A stretch of 64,000 nucleotides of DNA from Anaerovoracaceae bacterium (GTDB lineage: Bacteria; Bacillota; Clostridia; Peptostreptococcales; Anaerovoracaceae). Below, piece after piece: positions 36,021 to 45,887 of this stretch. The position numbers and the translations under genes are program-made. Positions within the stretch are counted from its first letter, which is position 1, and each line of letters opens with the position of its first letter. The stretch lies in contig JAZQQK010000034.1 in assembly GCA_045629065.1 (NCBI GenBank), positions 31,728 through 95,727 of the forward strand, in the 5' to 3' direction. Under the pieces are notes generated by a model. That model made no database searches. It saw only the letters and a list, made by a program, of their open reading frames with translations, and had not been told where the DNA came from.

Positions 36021-36669
36021 AGTTAAACCTTGTAATTGCAAGACCATCTCCAACGGCTATTATCGTTGAAGTGAATCTTTCATCATTCATAATATATTCG
36101 TTAAACTCTCTTAAACGTTTAACATTAGTCTTATACTTGCCTGTTGGATCATATTCATCAGAGGCAACTCTCGCCTTAAAAAGCACATTGTCAGAAATGA
36201 AGATGGTATCTTTATGAGTATATGGCAATGTAGCGTCTAAAAATCGCTTGTAATGGCTTTTCGCAGCATCAATAAAGACCAAATCATATTTTGGAGAAAC
36301 TTCGCTTAAAAACGAATTTAGAGCCTCTGCCCCATCGCCTTCATGAACTGTAATCCTATCGGAATATCCTAGTTTATTAACATTATTAATAGCGATTTTA
36401 TATACATCGGGATCTTTTTCGATTGTATCAATAGTTGCATTAGTGACTTCAGCCATAAACATTGCCGAATAGCCGACCGCGCAACCTATTTCTAAAATCC
36501 GTTCAGGTTTTATAATACTAATAAAAGCTTTAAGGAAAGTTTCAGTTTCCTTAAGTATGATTGGTACCTTATTTTCTTCGGCCTCTTTTCGTAATTCTCC
36601 AAGCTTTGGAGTTACTGGCTCGTAGAACTCTTGTAAATATTCAGTTACTTTATCATTTGTAATATTCAT
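36007..36669 (-). CDS. trmR: Class I SAM-dependent O-methyltransferase, family 3 (YrrM/TrmR-like tRNA ho5U methyltransferase)
   Basis: SAM motif ILEIGCAVGYSA and FIDAAKSHY. It lies between mltG and the U32 gene, as in B. subtilis yrrL-yrrM-yrrNO. Confidence 0.7.
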   Translation of the reverse strand: MNITNDKVTEYLQEFYEPVTPKLGELRKEAEENKVPIILKETETFLKAFISIIKPERILEIGCAVGYSAMFMAEVTNATIDTIEKDPDVYKIAINNVNKLGYSDRITVHEGDGAEALNSFLSEVSPKYDLVFIDAAKSHYKRFLDATLPYTHKDTIFISDNVLFKARVASDEYDPTGKYKTNVKRLREFNEYIMNDERFTSTIIAVGDGLAITRFNYEKD

Positions 36670-37700
36670 TATTTGAGTCCAGCAGCTTTATAATACTTTT
36701 CACTTAATTTGAGATGTTCTTCATATGTTGCTGAGAATTCGCTTGAGCCATCGAGCTTATATGAAAGAACGAAGAACTTATATGGAGTTTCCAAAGGTCT
36801 TGTTGCAGCCTCTATAGATGCAAGCGAAGGATTGCATATAGGTGTTGGCGTTAAGCCTTTGTGTCTATATAAGTTGTAAGGTGAATCAATTTCCATATCT
36901 TCGTAAAGAAGCGGATCATGGACCTTACCAGTTGTTTCTAACAATACATATTGAACGCTTGAACAGAATTGAAGTGCATCGTTATCTCTAAGTCTATTGT
37001 AGATAACGGATGAAACAAGTTGTCTCTCATCGTCTCTTCCAACTTCTTTTTCTATGAGTGAAGCAACCTTTATAATATCTGCTAAGCTGTAGTTTTCGAT
37101 TACCTTAGGACTTCCATTCTGATACGCAGCAAGTGCCCTATTCTTAAACTGTGAAAGCAAGAAAACAACAACCATATTTTCGGAGTATCCTTCATCTACA
37201 ACATATGTATCAGGTAAAAGATAGCCTTCTAGTTGCTTTTTGCCTAAAGAAGGATCGATAAATTCATAGCTAGAAAAATCACCATTTTCCATGACATCGA
37301 TTAACTTATCGTAATCGCCTATTCCTTGCTCAGCGAGGACTTTTGCAGTTTCCCAATAAGTTAGTCCTTCTGGAATAGTAAATGTAATTGTGTTAATCTT
37401 ACCGCCTACTATTATCTCAGCTAAAGATTCATAGTTCATAGATGGCGATAAAGTGTATCGACCTGCTTGAAGTCTGCTATCATAGCCGTTTTTCTTTAGC
37501 CATTTTCTGAATGTATCAGCGCTCTCAATAATTCCCTCATCCTGTAATTGTTGTGAGATTGTGACAGCAGTGCTACCTGGGACAATCTCAACAGTCATAG
37601 CTGTTGCATCAAGTGGCTTATATGCCAAGCCTACTTCCTTGCAAGCAAAAAGACTGAATGACATACATATTATCATCAATAAACAAATTACTTTTTTCAT
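36669..37700 (-). CDS. mltG: Endolytic murein transglycosylase MltG (YceG-like)
   Basis: N-terminal lipoprotein/TM signal, a LysM-like region and the YceG core with VASLIEKEVG. Confidence 0.9.
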   Translation of the reverse strand: MKKVICLLMIICMSFSLFACKEVGLAYKPLDATAMTVEIVPGSTAVTISQQLQDEGIIESADTFRKWLKKNGYDSRLQAGRYTLSPSMNYESLAEIIVGGKINTITFTIPEGLTYWETAKVLAEQGIGDYDKLIDVMENGDFSSYEFIDPSLGKKQLEGYLLPDTYVVDEGYSENMVVVFLLSQFKNRALAAYQNGSPKVIENYSLADIIKVASLIEKEVGRDDERQLVSSVIYNRLRDNDALQFCSSVQYVLLETTGKVHDPLLYEDMEIDSPYNLYRHKGLTPTPICNPSLASIEAATRPLETPYKFFVLSYKLDGSSEFSATYEEHLKLSEKYYKAAGLK

Positions 37701-37721
37701 ATTTACCCTTTCAAAAATTAA

Positions 37722-37743
37722 AAGGCGCCAATTAAGGCGCCTT
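37722..37743 (-). terminator. Intrinsic terminator after efp
   Basis: AAGGCGCC-ttaatt-GGCGCCTT followed by TTAATTTTTG on the minus strand. Confidence 0.8.
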
Positions 37744-37755
37744 CTATATTCTTAC

Positions 37756-38316
37756 TTATTTTGCTCTACCTAAGTATTCACCAGTTCTTGTATCGATTTG
37801 AATCTTTTCACCCATTTCGATGAAAATAGGAACTGCTACGTGTGCACCTGTTTCAACTGTTGCATCCTTTGTTACGTTAGTAGCTGTGTTGCCCTTAACG
37901 CCTGGTTCGCAGTCTGTAACTTCTAATACTACGAAGTTTTCTGCTTCTACGAGGAATGCAGCACCCTGGAAGAACTTAACTGTAACTTCGTCATTTTCTC
38001 TGATCCATTGAATAGCATCTTCTACTTGCTCTTTGCTAAGTGGAACTTGTTCGTATGATTCAGGGTCCATGAAGTAGTAGAGATCTCCATCAGCATATAA
38101 ATACTGCATCTTCTTTGTTTCGATTACAGCATCTTCAAACTTATCAGATGGGTTGAATGCTTCTTCACGAGTAGCACCTGTTAAGATGTTCTTATACTTT
38201 GTTCTAACGAAAGCAGCGCCCTTACCTGGCTTAACGTGTTGGAAGTCAAGTACTACACAAGGATCTCCGTCCTTAATAAAAGTTTTGCCTTTTCTAAAAT
38301 CTGTTGCGTATACCAT
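37756..38316 (-). CDS. efp: Elongation factor P
   Basis: 186 aa with [16 protein letters not shown]. Confidence 0.97.
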   Translation of the reverse strand: MVYATDFRKGKTFIKDGDPCVVLDFQHVKPGKGAAFVRTKYKNILTGATREEAFNPSDKFEDAVIETKKMQYLYADGDLYYFMDPESYEQVPLSKEQVEDAIQWIRENDEVTVKFFQGAAFLVEAENFVVLEVTDCEPGVKGNTATNVTKDATVETGAHVAVPIFIEMGEKIQIDTRTGEYLGRAK

Positions 38317-38373
38317 AATAATTTTCTCTCTTTCTTTTGGATGAAAATGTATATCTATCTTTTTAACTATAAC

Positions 38374-38402
38374 ATTATAACATGAACTATTTTATAAAAC
38401 AA
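38374..38402 (-). promoter_or_regulatory. Candidate extended -10 promoter for efp
   Basis: Minus strand: TTGTTT (38397-38402), 17-nt spacer, TGTTATAAT (-10 at 38374-38379). Confidence 0.55.
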
Positions 38403-39084
38403 GAAGCTCTTTTGGTGAATGAGCCAAATTAATATAACCACAATCGGTAACTATGACGGTATCTTCTATTCTTACACCAAATCTATCAGGCAAATATATA
38501 CCTGGTTCGATTGTTACAGCCATATTTTCTCTCAAGAACTCTTCACTGCCCTTGCCTAAACGAGGAGACTCATGAACTTCGTTTCCTACACCATGACCTG
38601 TTGTGTGAATGAAGTATTCGCCGTAGCCGGCATCTGTGATAATATCTCGACAAACCGCATCTACATCTTCACATCTAACGCCAGCCTTTACAGCTTCTAA
38701 CCCAGCTAATTGCGCCTCTAAAACTGTGTCGTAGATATGAACCATCTCTTCGGTAGCATACCCAATAGCGATAGTTCGAGTCATATCGCTACATAAGCCT
38801 TGATATATACAGCCCATATCTAATGTTAAGAATTCGCCCGGCTGAATTACGTGATCTGAAGGTACTCCATGTGGTAAAGCTGAATTAGGACCTGATACAG
38901 CGATTGTTGGGAAACTTAAGCCACTCGCTCCTAGCTCCAAAAACTTGCGTTCAACTTCGGCTGCGATTTCCTTTTCAGTCATACCAATTTTTATGAAGTC
39001 GAGCATATGGTCAAATACACAATCTCCCATTGCTTCGGCTTTCGCTATTAATAATAATTCTTCTGCTGTTTTAATGTTTTCCAT
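38392..39084 (-). CDS. M24-family Xaa-Pro peptidase, catalytic 'pita-bread' domain only (N-terminal domain absent)
   Basis: HTTGHGVGNEVHESP, EPGIY and RIED metal ligands are present. At 230 aa it is well short of the ~350 aa of YqhT/PepP-type enzymes usually found upstream of efp, and the ORF begins at the domain boundary. Confidence 0.8.
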   Translation of the reverse strand: MENIKTAEELLLIAKAEAMGDCVFDHMLDFIKIGMTEKEIAAEVERKFLELGASGLSFPTIAVSGPNSALPHGVPSDHVIQPGEFLTLDMGCIYQGLCSDMTRTIAIGYATEEMVHIYDTVLEAQLAGLEAVKAGVRCEDVDAVCRDIITDAGYGEYFIHTTGHGVGNEVHESPRLGKGSEEFLRENMAVTIEPGIYLPDRFGVRIEDTVIVTDCGYINLAHSPKELLVL

Positions 39085-39085
39085 A

Positions 39086-39730
39086 TTAGTTCATTGGATT
39101 GTCTAACAAATCCTCAATATTACATCCCAAAACCACTGACATCTTATAAAGTGCCTTTGCTTGAGCTTTATCTATATCATTATTTCCTTGTTCATACATT
39201 TGTATGTTTCTGATGTTAACACCAGATTCTCTTGCGAGTTCTGATTGCGAAATTCCTCTTGCTTCTCTGATCATTTTGAGCTTTGAAACGTAAGGAAGTT
39301 CAGCAAATTCTTTTTCTAAGCATTCACAGAACTGGTCTACTGTAAGTGAATTATAGATTGGGTACATTGCAATGATATCAGTGAATTTTTTCTTTGAAAG
39401 AATATCTATGAATCTTCTACCAGTTTTCCATTGATATTCGCAAAGCATAGCTCCAGCCCAATACTCAGGCGAACGTTTACTGCTAAAAGTCTGAGGCTTA
39501 AAACTCTTTGTATGAGCAGTCTTAAGCACTTTTGTTCCTAATTCATTACCAGAAATGCCTGAAATAACTTCTACATAACCTTTTTCAAACATTTCTGCAA
39601 AGCCGGTAGCAATAAACATTTCGTAGGCTTGGTCAGCTTCGATTTGATTATCGTTGATGAGGAAGTCAAACATTTCAGCTAAGCAATCTTTTGCTTTATT
39701 CAGATAAGATTCTGGATATGCGTGTGTCAT
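39086..39730 (-). CDS. XRE-family HTH protein with a ~140-aa N-terminal helical domain (DUF3791-like?), a putative partner or antitoxin of the upstream gene
   Basis: C-terminal Cro/C1 HTH LKMIREARGISQSELARESGVNIRNIQMYEQG. The N-terminal segment ...EYWAGAMLCEYQWKTGRRFIDIL...MYPIYNSLTVDQF resembles the DUF3791 pattern. SD GAGAGGAG lies inside the upstream gene, with a 35-nt overlap. Confidence 0.7.
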   Translation of the reverse strand: MTHAYPESYLNKAKDCLAEMFDFLINDNQIEADQAYEMFIATGFAEMFEKGYVEVISGISGNELGTKVLKTAHTKSFKPQTFSSKRSPEYWAGAMLCEYQWKTGRRFIDILSKKKFTDIIAMYPIYNSLTVDQFCECLEKEFAELPYVSKLKMIREARGISQSELARESGVNIRNIQMYEQGNNDIDKAQAKALYKMSVVLGCNIEDLLDNPMN

Positions 39731-40382
39731 CGTTCTTCATCTCCTCTCTTAAAATATCAATCATGTAAATATCGTTTAAATCAAATTTCTTGCTTGAATA
39801 CTTTTCAAATTCAAGTCTTGTTTGGTTATCTCTATTGAGCTTTTTAGGATAGCAATCTTGCTTGAGACAAACTTCAGATCCCTCAAACTTAAGGCTTTCA
39901 ACAGCTTTTTTACTTGTTAAAACGAATTGTGTCTTAAGCTTACCGAATTTTAAAGCCTTATTTAATTCCTTAAGAGAAATTGAGTTTTCAAGGAATTTTT
40001 CGATAAAGTCAAAATATGAATCCTCTGCTCTATAGCTAATAACAACGTCATAGCCTTTAGTTCCGACTTCGAAATTGTCGACGATATATTTTTTTGCCGC
40101 AACGCCTATTGGACTTTTCATTGACATTTCTCTGTTTTGTAAGATTAAGGCAAGCCAGTTTAAGACAGTATACTTACCTTTCATAAGGTTTATAAGTTTT
40201 AAATCTGAAATATCAAGATCATACTTATTTAAGTATCCGTTTTTACCAAACCTAACGGCATATTCTTTTGCCAAATCTTCATCTTCAGTCATATAAAAGC
40301 CCTTACCAAAATCATTGGTTGGAATGCCGAGTTCATATTTTGGACATTCAATTATATGGTCGCTTCCATGATAAACAATCAT
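39696..40382 (-). CDS. DUF3990-like protein with PARP-like H-Y-[E/D] motifs (putative NAD+-utilising / ADP-ribosyltransferase-fold enzyme)
   Basis: 228 aa from the ATG at 40382, with SD GGGGAGG 6 nt upstream. MIVYHGS, then DFGKGFYMTE 17 aa later, then VVISYRAEDSY. The ORF-track start at 40397 is a TTG inside the SD. Confidence 0.7.
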   Translation of the reverse strand: MIVYHGSDHIIECPKYELGIPTNDFGKGFYMTEDEDLAKEYAVRFGKNGYLNKYDLDISDLKLINLMKGKYTVLNWLALILQNREMSMKSPIGVAAKKYIVDNFEVGTKGYDVVISYRAEDSYFDFIEKFLENSISLKELNKALKFGKLKTQFVLTSKKAVESLKFEGSEVCLKQDCYPKKLNRDNQTRLEFEKYSSKKFDLNDIYMIDILREEMKNDDTRISRILSE

Positions 40383-40416
40383 AATTAACCTCCCCAAATT
40401 ATTTGCGAATTGCTTA

Positions 40417-40749
40417 TTATGCTATGTTTCCAGTAACTTCTCCGAGGATTTCGTAAACATCCTTCATCATTAAACTAAATCTCATTGAAACTTGTAAAAA
40501 TTCAGCAGCTTGTGGGTCCTGCATAACAATTGAATAAAGCTTTTGAATAGATTCAGTAGTTTCTTGTGTCAATTCCTCTCCGGCCATCTGCTTTAACTGA
40601 ATTTCCATTGACTTTTCCTGGAAATCCTGAATCATTTTCTTAAGGGCTTCATTCTGATCAACGATAGCTTCAGCATTTTTCATCTGCTTATACTCTTCGC
40701 TTTCTTTAATAGCTCTTGCTAAATTGTGAGCTTCATCATATACGTTCAT
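40417..40749 (-). CDS. YlbF/YmcA (Com_YlbF, UPF0342) family protein
   Basis: 110-aa helical ORF MNVYDEAHNLARAIKESEEYKQMK... Confidence 0.7.
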   Translation of the reverse strand: MNVYDEAHNLARAIKESEEYKQMKNAEAIVDQNEALKKMIQDFQEKSMEIQLKQMAGEELTQETTESIQKLYSIVMQDPQAAEFLQVSMRFSLMMKDVYEILGEVTGNIA

Positions 40750-40751
40750 AA

Positions 40752-42434
40752 TTATACCTCCAAGAAAATTGGTAGAATGATCGGTGTTCTCTTTGTAGTC
40801 TCATAGATATAGTCCGACAAAGAATCTCGAACTATAGATTTCATAGAGTTCCAATCACTAATACCTTGTTCATAACATTTATCTAACGCATCAATGCATA
40901 CGTTTTTAGCTTCTTCCATTAACTGTTCGTTTTCTCTTACATATACGAAACCTCTGGAAACAATGTCAGGTCCAGAGACAACTATATGAGAAGCTTGATC
41001 GATTGCAGCAACAACAATAATCAATCCAGATTCTGCTAGAAGTTTACGATCTCTTAAAACGATATTGCCAACATCGCCTATACCTAAACCATCAACTAGA
41101 ATAGCATCGGCATCGACAACTTTTCTTTCTACATTTGCAGTATCTCCTGTGATTGATAAACAGTCACCATTGCCTAAGATAAATATATTTTCCTTTTTCT
41201 CACCCAAACTCATAGCAAGCTTGGAGTGTAAGAAAAGATGTCTATACTCACCATGAACTGGCATAAAGAATTCAGGCATTATTATTGAGTGCAAGAGTTT
41301 TAATTCTTCCTGACAAGCGTGTCCAGAAACATGGATGTTAGCAATCTCAGAATATATTACTTCTGCGCCCTTTTCATAAAGTTTATTTACAACTGTTGAA
41401 ACAGTCTTTTCATTACCTGGAATTGGTGTTGAACTTAAAATAACCATATCTCCAGGAATAATCTTTACTTGTTTATGCTCTCCAGATGCAATTCTTGCTA
41501 AGGCACTCATTGGTTCGCCTTGGCTACCTGTCGTAATAATTACAAGTTTATTGTTTGGAATATCTTTTGCCATCTTGAGGTCTACAATTGTGCCATCTGG
41601 AATATCTAAATATCCTAATTCAATGGCAAGAGCAACAACGTTCTCCATTGAGCGACCTGAAATCGCAACTTTTCTTCCACATTTAATTGCACTTTCTATA
41701 ATCATTTGTACGCGGTGAACGTTTGAAGAGAAAGTAGCAATTATTATTCTGTTTTTTGCAGTCTTAAATATAGACTCAATTGTCTCTCCTACTGTACGCT
41801 CTGAAGCGGTTTGACCACTTCTAACTGCATTAGTGGAGTCACAAAGCATTAATTTAACGCCACGACGTCCGATTTCAGCGAGTTTTGCGAAGTCGATAGG
41901 TTCTCCATCAATTGGCGTATAATCGACCTTAAAATCGCCTGAATGGAACACAACTCCAGCGGGAGTATCTATCGCTAAACAGATAGAGTCAGCGATTGAG
42001 TGTGTGGTTCTAATAGTTTCCACTGTAAAACAGCCTACTTTAAAAGTTTCTCCAGCATTTATTGTGCGCAAATCACCTACAACATTATGCTCTTTAAGCT
42101 TAAAGTCGACTAAACCAAGAGTTAAAGGTGTTCCATAAATAGGAACCTTTATATCTCTTAAGAGGTATGGTATTCCGCCAATGTGGTCTTCGTGACCATG
42201 GGTTAGAACCATACCAACTATCTTCTCGCGGTTTGCAATAAGATAGCTAAAGTCAGGGATGACGATATCAATTCCGAACATTTCGTCATCCGGGAAAGAC
42301 ATTCCGCAGTCTATGATTAATATTTGGTCATTTACTTCCAAAAGGGTCATGTTTTTTCCGATCTCATTTAGACCACCGATTGGAATAACTTTAAGACATG
42401 CGGATGGCTTTTCTTTGTTCTTTTTTCCTTTCAT
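40752..42434 (-). CDS. rnj: Ribonuclease J
   Basis: Metallo-beta-lactamase/beta-CASP protein with THGHEDHIGG. 560 aa. Confidence 0.93.
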   Translation of the reverse strand: MKGKKNKEKPSACLKVIPIGGLNEIGKNMTLLEVNDQILIIDCGMSFPDDEMFGIDIVIPDFSYLIANREKIVGMVLTHGHEDHIGGIPYLLRDIKVPIYGTPLTLGLVDFKLKEHNVVGDLRTINAGETFKVGCFTVETIRTTHSIADSICLAIDTPAGVVFHSGDFKVDYTPIDGEPIDFAKLAEIGRRGVKLMLCDSTNAVRSGQTASERTVGETIESIFKTAKNRIIIATFSSNVHRVQMIIESAIKCGRKVAISGRSMENVVALAIELGYLDIPDGTIVDLKMAKDIPNNKLVIITTGSQGEPMSALARIASGEHKQVKIIPGDMVILSSTPIPGNEKTVSTVVNKLYEKGAEVIYSEIANIHVSGHACQEELKLLHSIIMPEFFMPVHGEYRHLFLHSKLAMSLGEKKENIFILGNGDCLSITGDTANVERKVVDADAILVDGLGIGDVGNIVLRDRKLLAESGLIIVVAAIDQASHIVVSGPDIVSRGFVYVRENEQLMEEAKNVCIDALDKCYEQGISDWNSMKSIVRDSLSDYIYETTKRTPIILPIFLEV

Positions 42435-42443
42435 TTTCCGTCC

Positions 42444-44960
42444 TTATTTTACTACTATGTTAAGTAATCTGCCTGGCACAGCGATTACCTTTACGACTTC
42501 CTTTCCGTCTAACAAAGCCTTTACTTTATCATTAGACATTGCTAATTCTTCTAATCCTTGCTTGTCAAGATTTGCAGGGATCATCATTTTTTCTTTTACC
42601 TTACCATTTAATTGAACTACAATTTCAACTTCATCCAATACTAAAGCACTTTCATCGCATTTTGGCCAAGACTGATTAGCAATTAAGCCCTTGCCTCCGA
42701 TGTGTTCCCACATTTCCTCACAAATATGAGGTGCAAATGGTGAAAGAATTGTTATTAATTCGCTTGTTGCTTTTCCAAGTAATTCGGCATTAACATTCTT
42801 TCCATCTTTGTATTTAACCATTTCATTAACTAATTCCATGATGGAGGAAATAGCAGTATTGAACTGGAATCTTCCACCCACATCTTCTCTTACTTTTTTG
42901 ATTGAGAAATTCAATTTATAGTTTAAAGCCTTGTCTTCTTGTGACTTAATTTCTACTTTTCCAGGGAAGCAATTGTACTTTTCGGATAACTCATAAACTA
43001 GTTTATAAACTCTAGTTAAGAATCTAAATGAGCCTTCTACGCCAGCATCTGACCAGTCGAGTTCTCTCTCAGGTGGAGCAGCGAACAAGATAAATAGTCT
43101 TGCAGTATCAGCACCATATTTATTGATGATTTCTTCTGGTGAAACAACGTTTCCGATTGACTTACTCATCTTCTTGCCATCCTTGATTACCATACCTTGT
43201 GTAAGCAAGTTCTTGAATGGTTCCTCATTTGAAGTCAAACCTAAGTCATAGAGTGCCATCTGGAAGAAACGAGAATACATTAAGTGAAGGATTGCATGCT
43301 CTACGCCACCAATGTATTGGTCAACATCCATCCAGTAATCAACCTTCTTCTTGTCGAAAGCTTTTTCCTTATTCTGAGAATCACAATATCTTAAGAAATA
43401 CCAAGAGGAGTCGAGGAAGGTATCCATTGTGTCAACTTCTCTCTTTGCTTTCTTACCGCAACGAGGGCAATCACATGTTCCAAATGTTGGAGATGTTGCA
43501 ATTGGAGATTCACCTTGACCTGTAAATTTAACATCAGTTGGCAATAAGATTGGAAGATTCTCTTCTTTTTCTGGAACCCAACCACAGTCATCGCAATATA
43601 CCATAGGAATAGGAGTTCCCCAATATCTTTGACGAGAAATTAACCAGTCTCTTAACTTATAGTTAACTTTACGCTTACCAATACCGAGTTCTTCTGCTTT
43701 GTTAATCATGAATTCAATAGCATCATCAGTTTTCATTCCATTGATTTCGCCTGAATTGATAGCTACGCCATGAGCAGCAGCTGCTTCTTTTAAGTCATTC
43801 AAATCAATTGTAGGATCGCCAGGATCTACAACTGGAATAATATCTAAACCAAACTTTTTAGCAAAGTCAAAGTCTCTCTGGTCATGTCCAGGTACACCCA
43901 TTACTGCACCAGTACCATAACCCATGATTACATAGTCGGTTACATAGATAGGAATTTCTTTCTTTGTGAATGGATTAATTGCGTACATGCCAGTGAATAC
44001 ACCAGTCTTTTCTGTAGATGTTGATGTACGTTCAATTTCATTCTTTGCCTTTGATGCTTCTACATAATCATAAACAGCCTTTTCATAAGGTGTTCCCTTA
44101 ACATCGTCTAATAAAGTTGGATATTCTGGAGCAACTACCATGAAAGTAGTTCCATAAATAGTATCAACACGAGTTGTGAATACAGTCATTACTTCATCTG
44201 AATCTTTAACCTTGAATTGTACTTCACAACCATAAGATCTACCAATCCAGTTTTTCTGCATTACTCTAACTTTATATGGCCAACCATCAAGCTTACCGCT
44301 GTCGATGTTATCCAAAAGTCTGTCAGCATAATCAGTAATCTTTAAGTACCATTGTGAAAGGTTCTTCTTTGTTACTGGAGTTTTACATCTTTCACATACT
44401 TTTGCATCAACCTTCTTACCATCTTGACCTGTAATTTCATAGTCAATAACTTGCTCATTTGCAAGTACAGTTTGGCAAGATGGGCACCAGTTTACTGGGT
44501 TTTCCTTCTTATATGCTAAACCTTTCTTATAGAATTGGATAAAAATCCACTGCATCCAACGATAATAGTCTTCGTGGCAAGTGCATACTTCTCTATCCCA
44601 GTCATAAGAAAGACCTAATTCGCTTAATTGTTCCTCCATTTCGTGGATATTGTTCCATGTCCAGATTGAAGGATGAGTTTGATTCTTAATTGCAGCATTT
44701 TCTGCTGGAAGTCCGAAAGAGTCGAATCCCATTGGATGAAGGACATTATATCCATCCATCTTCTTAAATCTGGCAACTACATCGCCAATAGAATAGTTTC
44801 TAACGTGTCCCATATGAAGTTTTCCTGATGGATATGGGAACATTTCAAGACAATAGAATTTTGGCTTAGATTCATCTTCGACAACCTTAAATGTCTTTTG
44901 ATCTGCCCATACTTTTTGCCATTTGCTTTCTATACTTTTAAAATCATATCTTACGTCCAT
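42444..44960 (-). CDS. leuS: Leucine--tRNA ligase
   Basis: HIGH-type [13 protein letters not shown] and the CP1 editing domain. 838 aa. Confidence 0.97.
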   Translation of the reverse strand: MDVRYDFKSIESKWQKVWADQKTFKVVEDESKPKFYCLEMFPYPSGKLHMGHVRNYSIGDVVARFKKMDGYNVLHPMGFDSFGLPAENAAIKNQTHPSIWTWNNIHEMEEQLSELGLSYDWDREVCTCHEDYYRWMQWIFIQFYKKGLAYKKENPVNWCPSCQTVLANEQVIDYEITGQDGKKVDAKVCERCKTPVTKKNLSQWYLKITDYADRLLDNIDSGKLDGWPYKVRVMQKNWIGRSYGCEVQFKVKDSDEVMTVFTTRVDTIYGTTFMVVAPEYPTLLDDVKGTPYEKAVYDYVEASKAKNEIERTSTSTEKTGVFTGMYAINPFTKKEIPIYVTDYVIMGYGTGAVMGVPGHDQRDFDFAKKFGLDIIPVVDPGDPTIDLNDLKEAAAAHGVAINSGEINGMKTDDAIEFMINKAEELGIGKRKVNYKLRDWLISRQRYWGTPIPMVYCDDCGWVPEKEENLPILLPTDVKFTGQGESPIATSPTFGTCDCPRCGKKAKREVDTMDTFLDSSWYFLRYCDSQNKEKAFDKKKVDYWMDVDQYIGGVEHAILHLMYSRFFQMALYDLGLTSNEEPFKNLLTQGMVIKDGKKMSKSIGNVVSPEEIINKYGADTARLFILFAAPPERELDWSDAGVEGSFRFLTRVYKLVYELSEKYNCFPGKVEIKSQEDKALNYKLNFSIKKVREDVGGRFQFNTAISSIMELVNEMVKYKDGKNVNAELLGKATSELITILSPFAPHICEEMWEHIGGKGLIANQSWPKCDESALVLDEVEIVVQLNGKVKEKMMIPANLDKQGLEELAMSNDKVKALLDGKEVVKVIAVPGRLLNIVVK

Positions 44961-44973
44961 TATTATTGCCTCC

Positions 44974-45315
44974 CTATTCTATGTCGATTCTTGGGCAATC
45001 GCCCCATACTTTTTCTAAGTTATATTTTGCTCTCGCTTCTTCTGTAAAGAGATTTACGATGATATCGCCAAAATCCATTAAAATCCACTGTGAATTACCA
45101 TTTCCCTCAATGGATTTTGCTATTAAATTTTCTTTTGCATATGCTTCTTCAACATAATCAGTTAAACTTCCAACTTGTCTTTGCGAAGAGCCGTGGCAAA
45201 TAATCATATAATCAGCAAAGGACGCCTTATCTTGTATATCGATTACAGTAACATCACAAGCCTTTTTGTCCTCTAAAACTCGCGCACCTAAAAGTGCCAA
45301 TTCTTTGTTATTCAT
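44974..45315 (-). CDS. rsfS: Ribosome silencing factor RsfS
   Basis: 113 aa in the conserved nadD-yqeK-rsfS context. [14 protein letters not shown]. Confidence 0.9.
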   Translation of the reverse strand: MNNKELALLGARVLEDKKACDVTVIDIQDKASFADYMIICHGSSQRQVGSLTDYVEEAYAKENLIAKSIEGNGNSQWILMDFGDIIVNLFTEEARAKYNLEKVWGDCPRIDIE

Positions 45316-45887
45316 ATATTCTCCTTTAAACGCTCAAAATATTGCACTGCTTCGAGCGTGTCTTGATCTATTTCCTTTCCCTGATCTTCAAGAAACTTTA
45401 CAGTGCTCTTCAATGAAGTCAGGCAAGCTAGGCCTAAGTTTTGCTTTGCTAATTTACGTAATTCTTCTACTGAAGGATAAGAACGGTTAGGTTCTATAGC
45501 ATCCGCAAGGTAAATTATTTGTTCGAGCTTGCTCATATTAGCCCTTCCGGTTGTGTGATATGATATGGCGTTTAGCACATCTTCATCGTTCATATCGTAA
45601 TCACGCTTTAGAATGGCTGATGCAAGCTTAGAATGAGCAAGATTTGGACTATCTTTATATTTATCATCCAAGCCCAAAAGTTCTACAAACTTAGCTAATT
45701 TTTCATCCTTAACCCATCTAAACATATCATGACATACAGCAGCAATTCTTGCCTTATCGACATCGACATCATATATTTTAGCTAACTTTTCTGCTGTTTT
45801 AACAACGCCTTTAACATGTTTTTGACGCTTACTGTTCAAATGTGCTTCATTGTATTCAGTTATTTCATCAAAAAGTTTCTCATACAT
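45312..45887 (-). CDS. yqeK: HD-domain Ap4A hydrolase YqeK
   Basis: HD motif (CHDMFR). The ATG at 45887 overlaps the nadD stop (ATGTATGA) and is preferred over the ORF-track start at 45947. Confidence 0.85.
   Translation of the reverse strand: MYEKLFDEITEYNEAHLNSKRQKHVKGVVKTAEKLAKIYDVDVDKARIAAVCHDMFRWVKDEKLAKFVELLGLDDKYKDSPNLAHSKLASAILKRDYDMNDEDVLNAISYHTTGRANMSKLEQIIYLADAIEPNRSYPSVEELRKLAKQNLGLACLTSLKSTVKFLEDQGKEIDQDTLEAVQYFERLKENI

Noticed and set aside
36021-36053. N-terminal extensions in ORF-track starts: 36053 (U32), 40397 (DUF3990-like), 45947 (yqeK), 56410 (secDF), 12916 (LysM) and 3421 (radical SAM).
   Set aside because: In each case an internal ATG has a proper SD and/or the classic stop/start overlap with the upstream gene. 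The extension either runs into the upstream gene or, at 12916, into a LexA operator.
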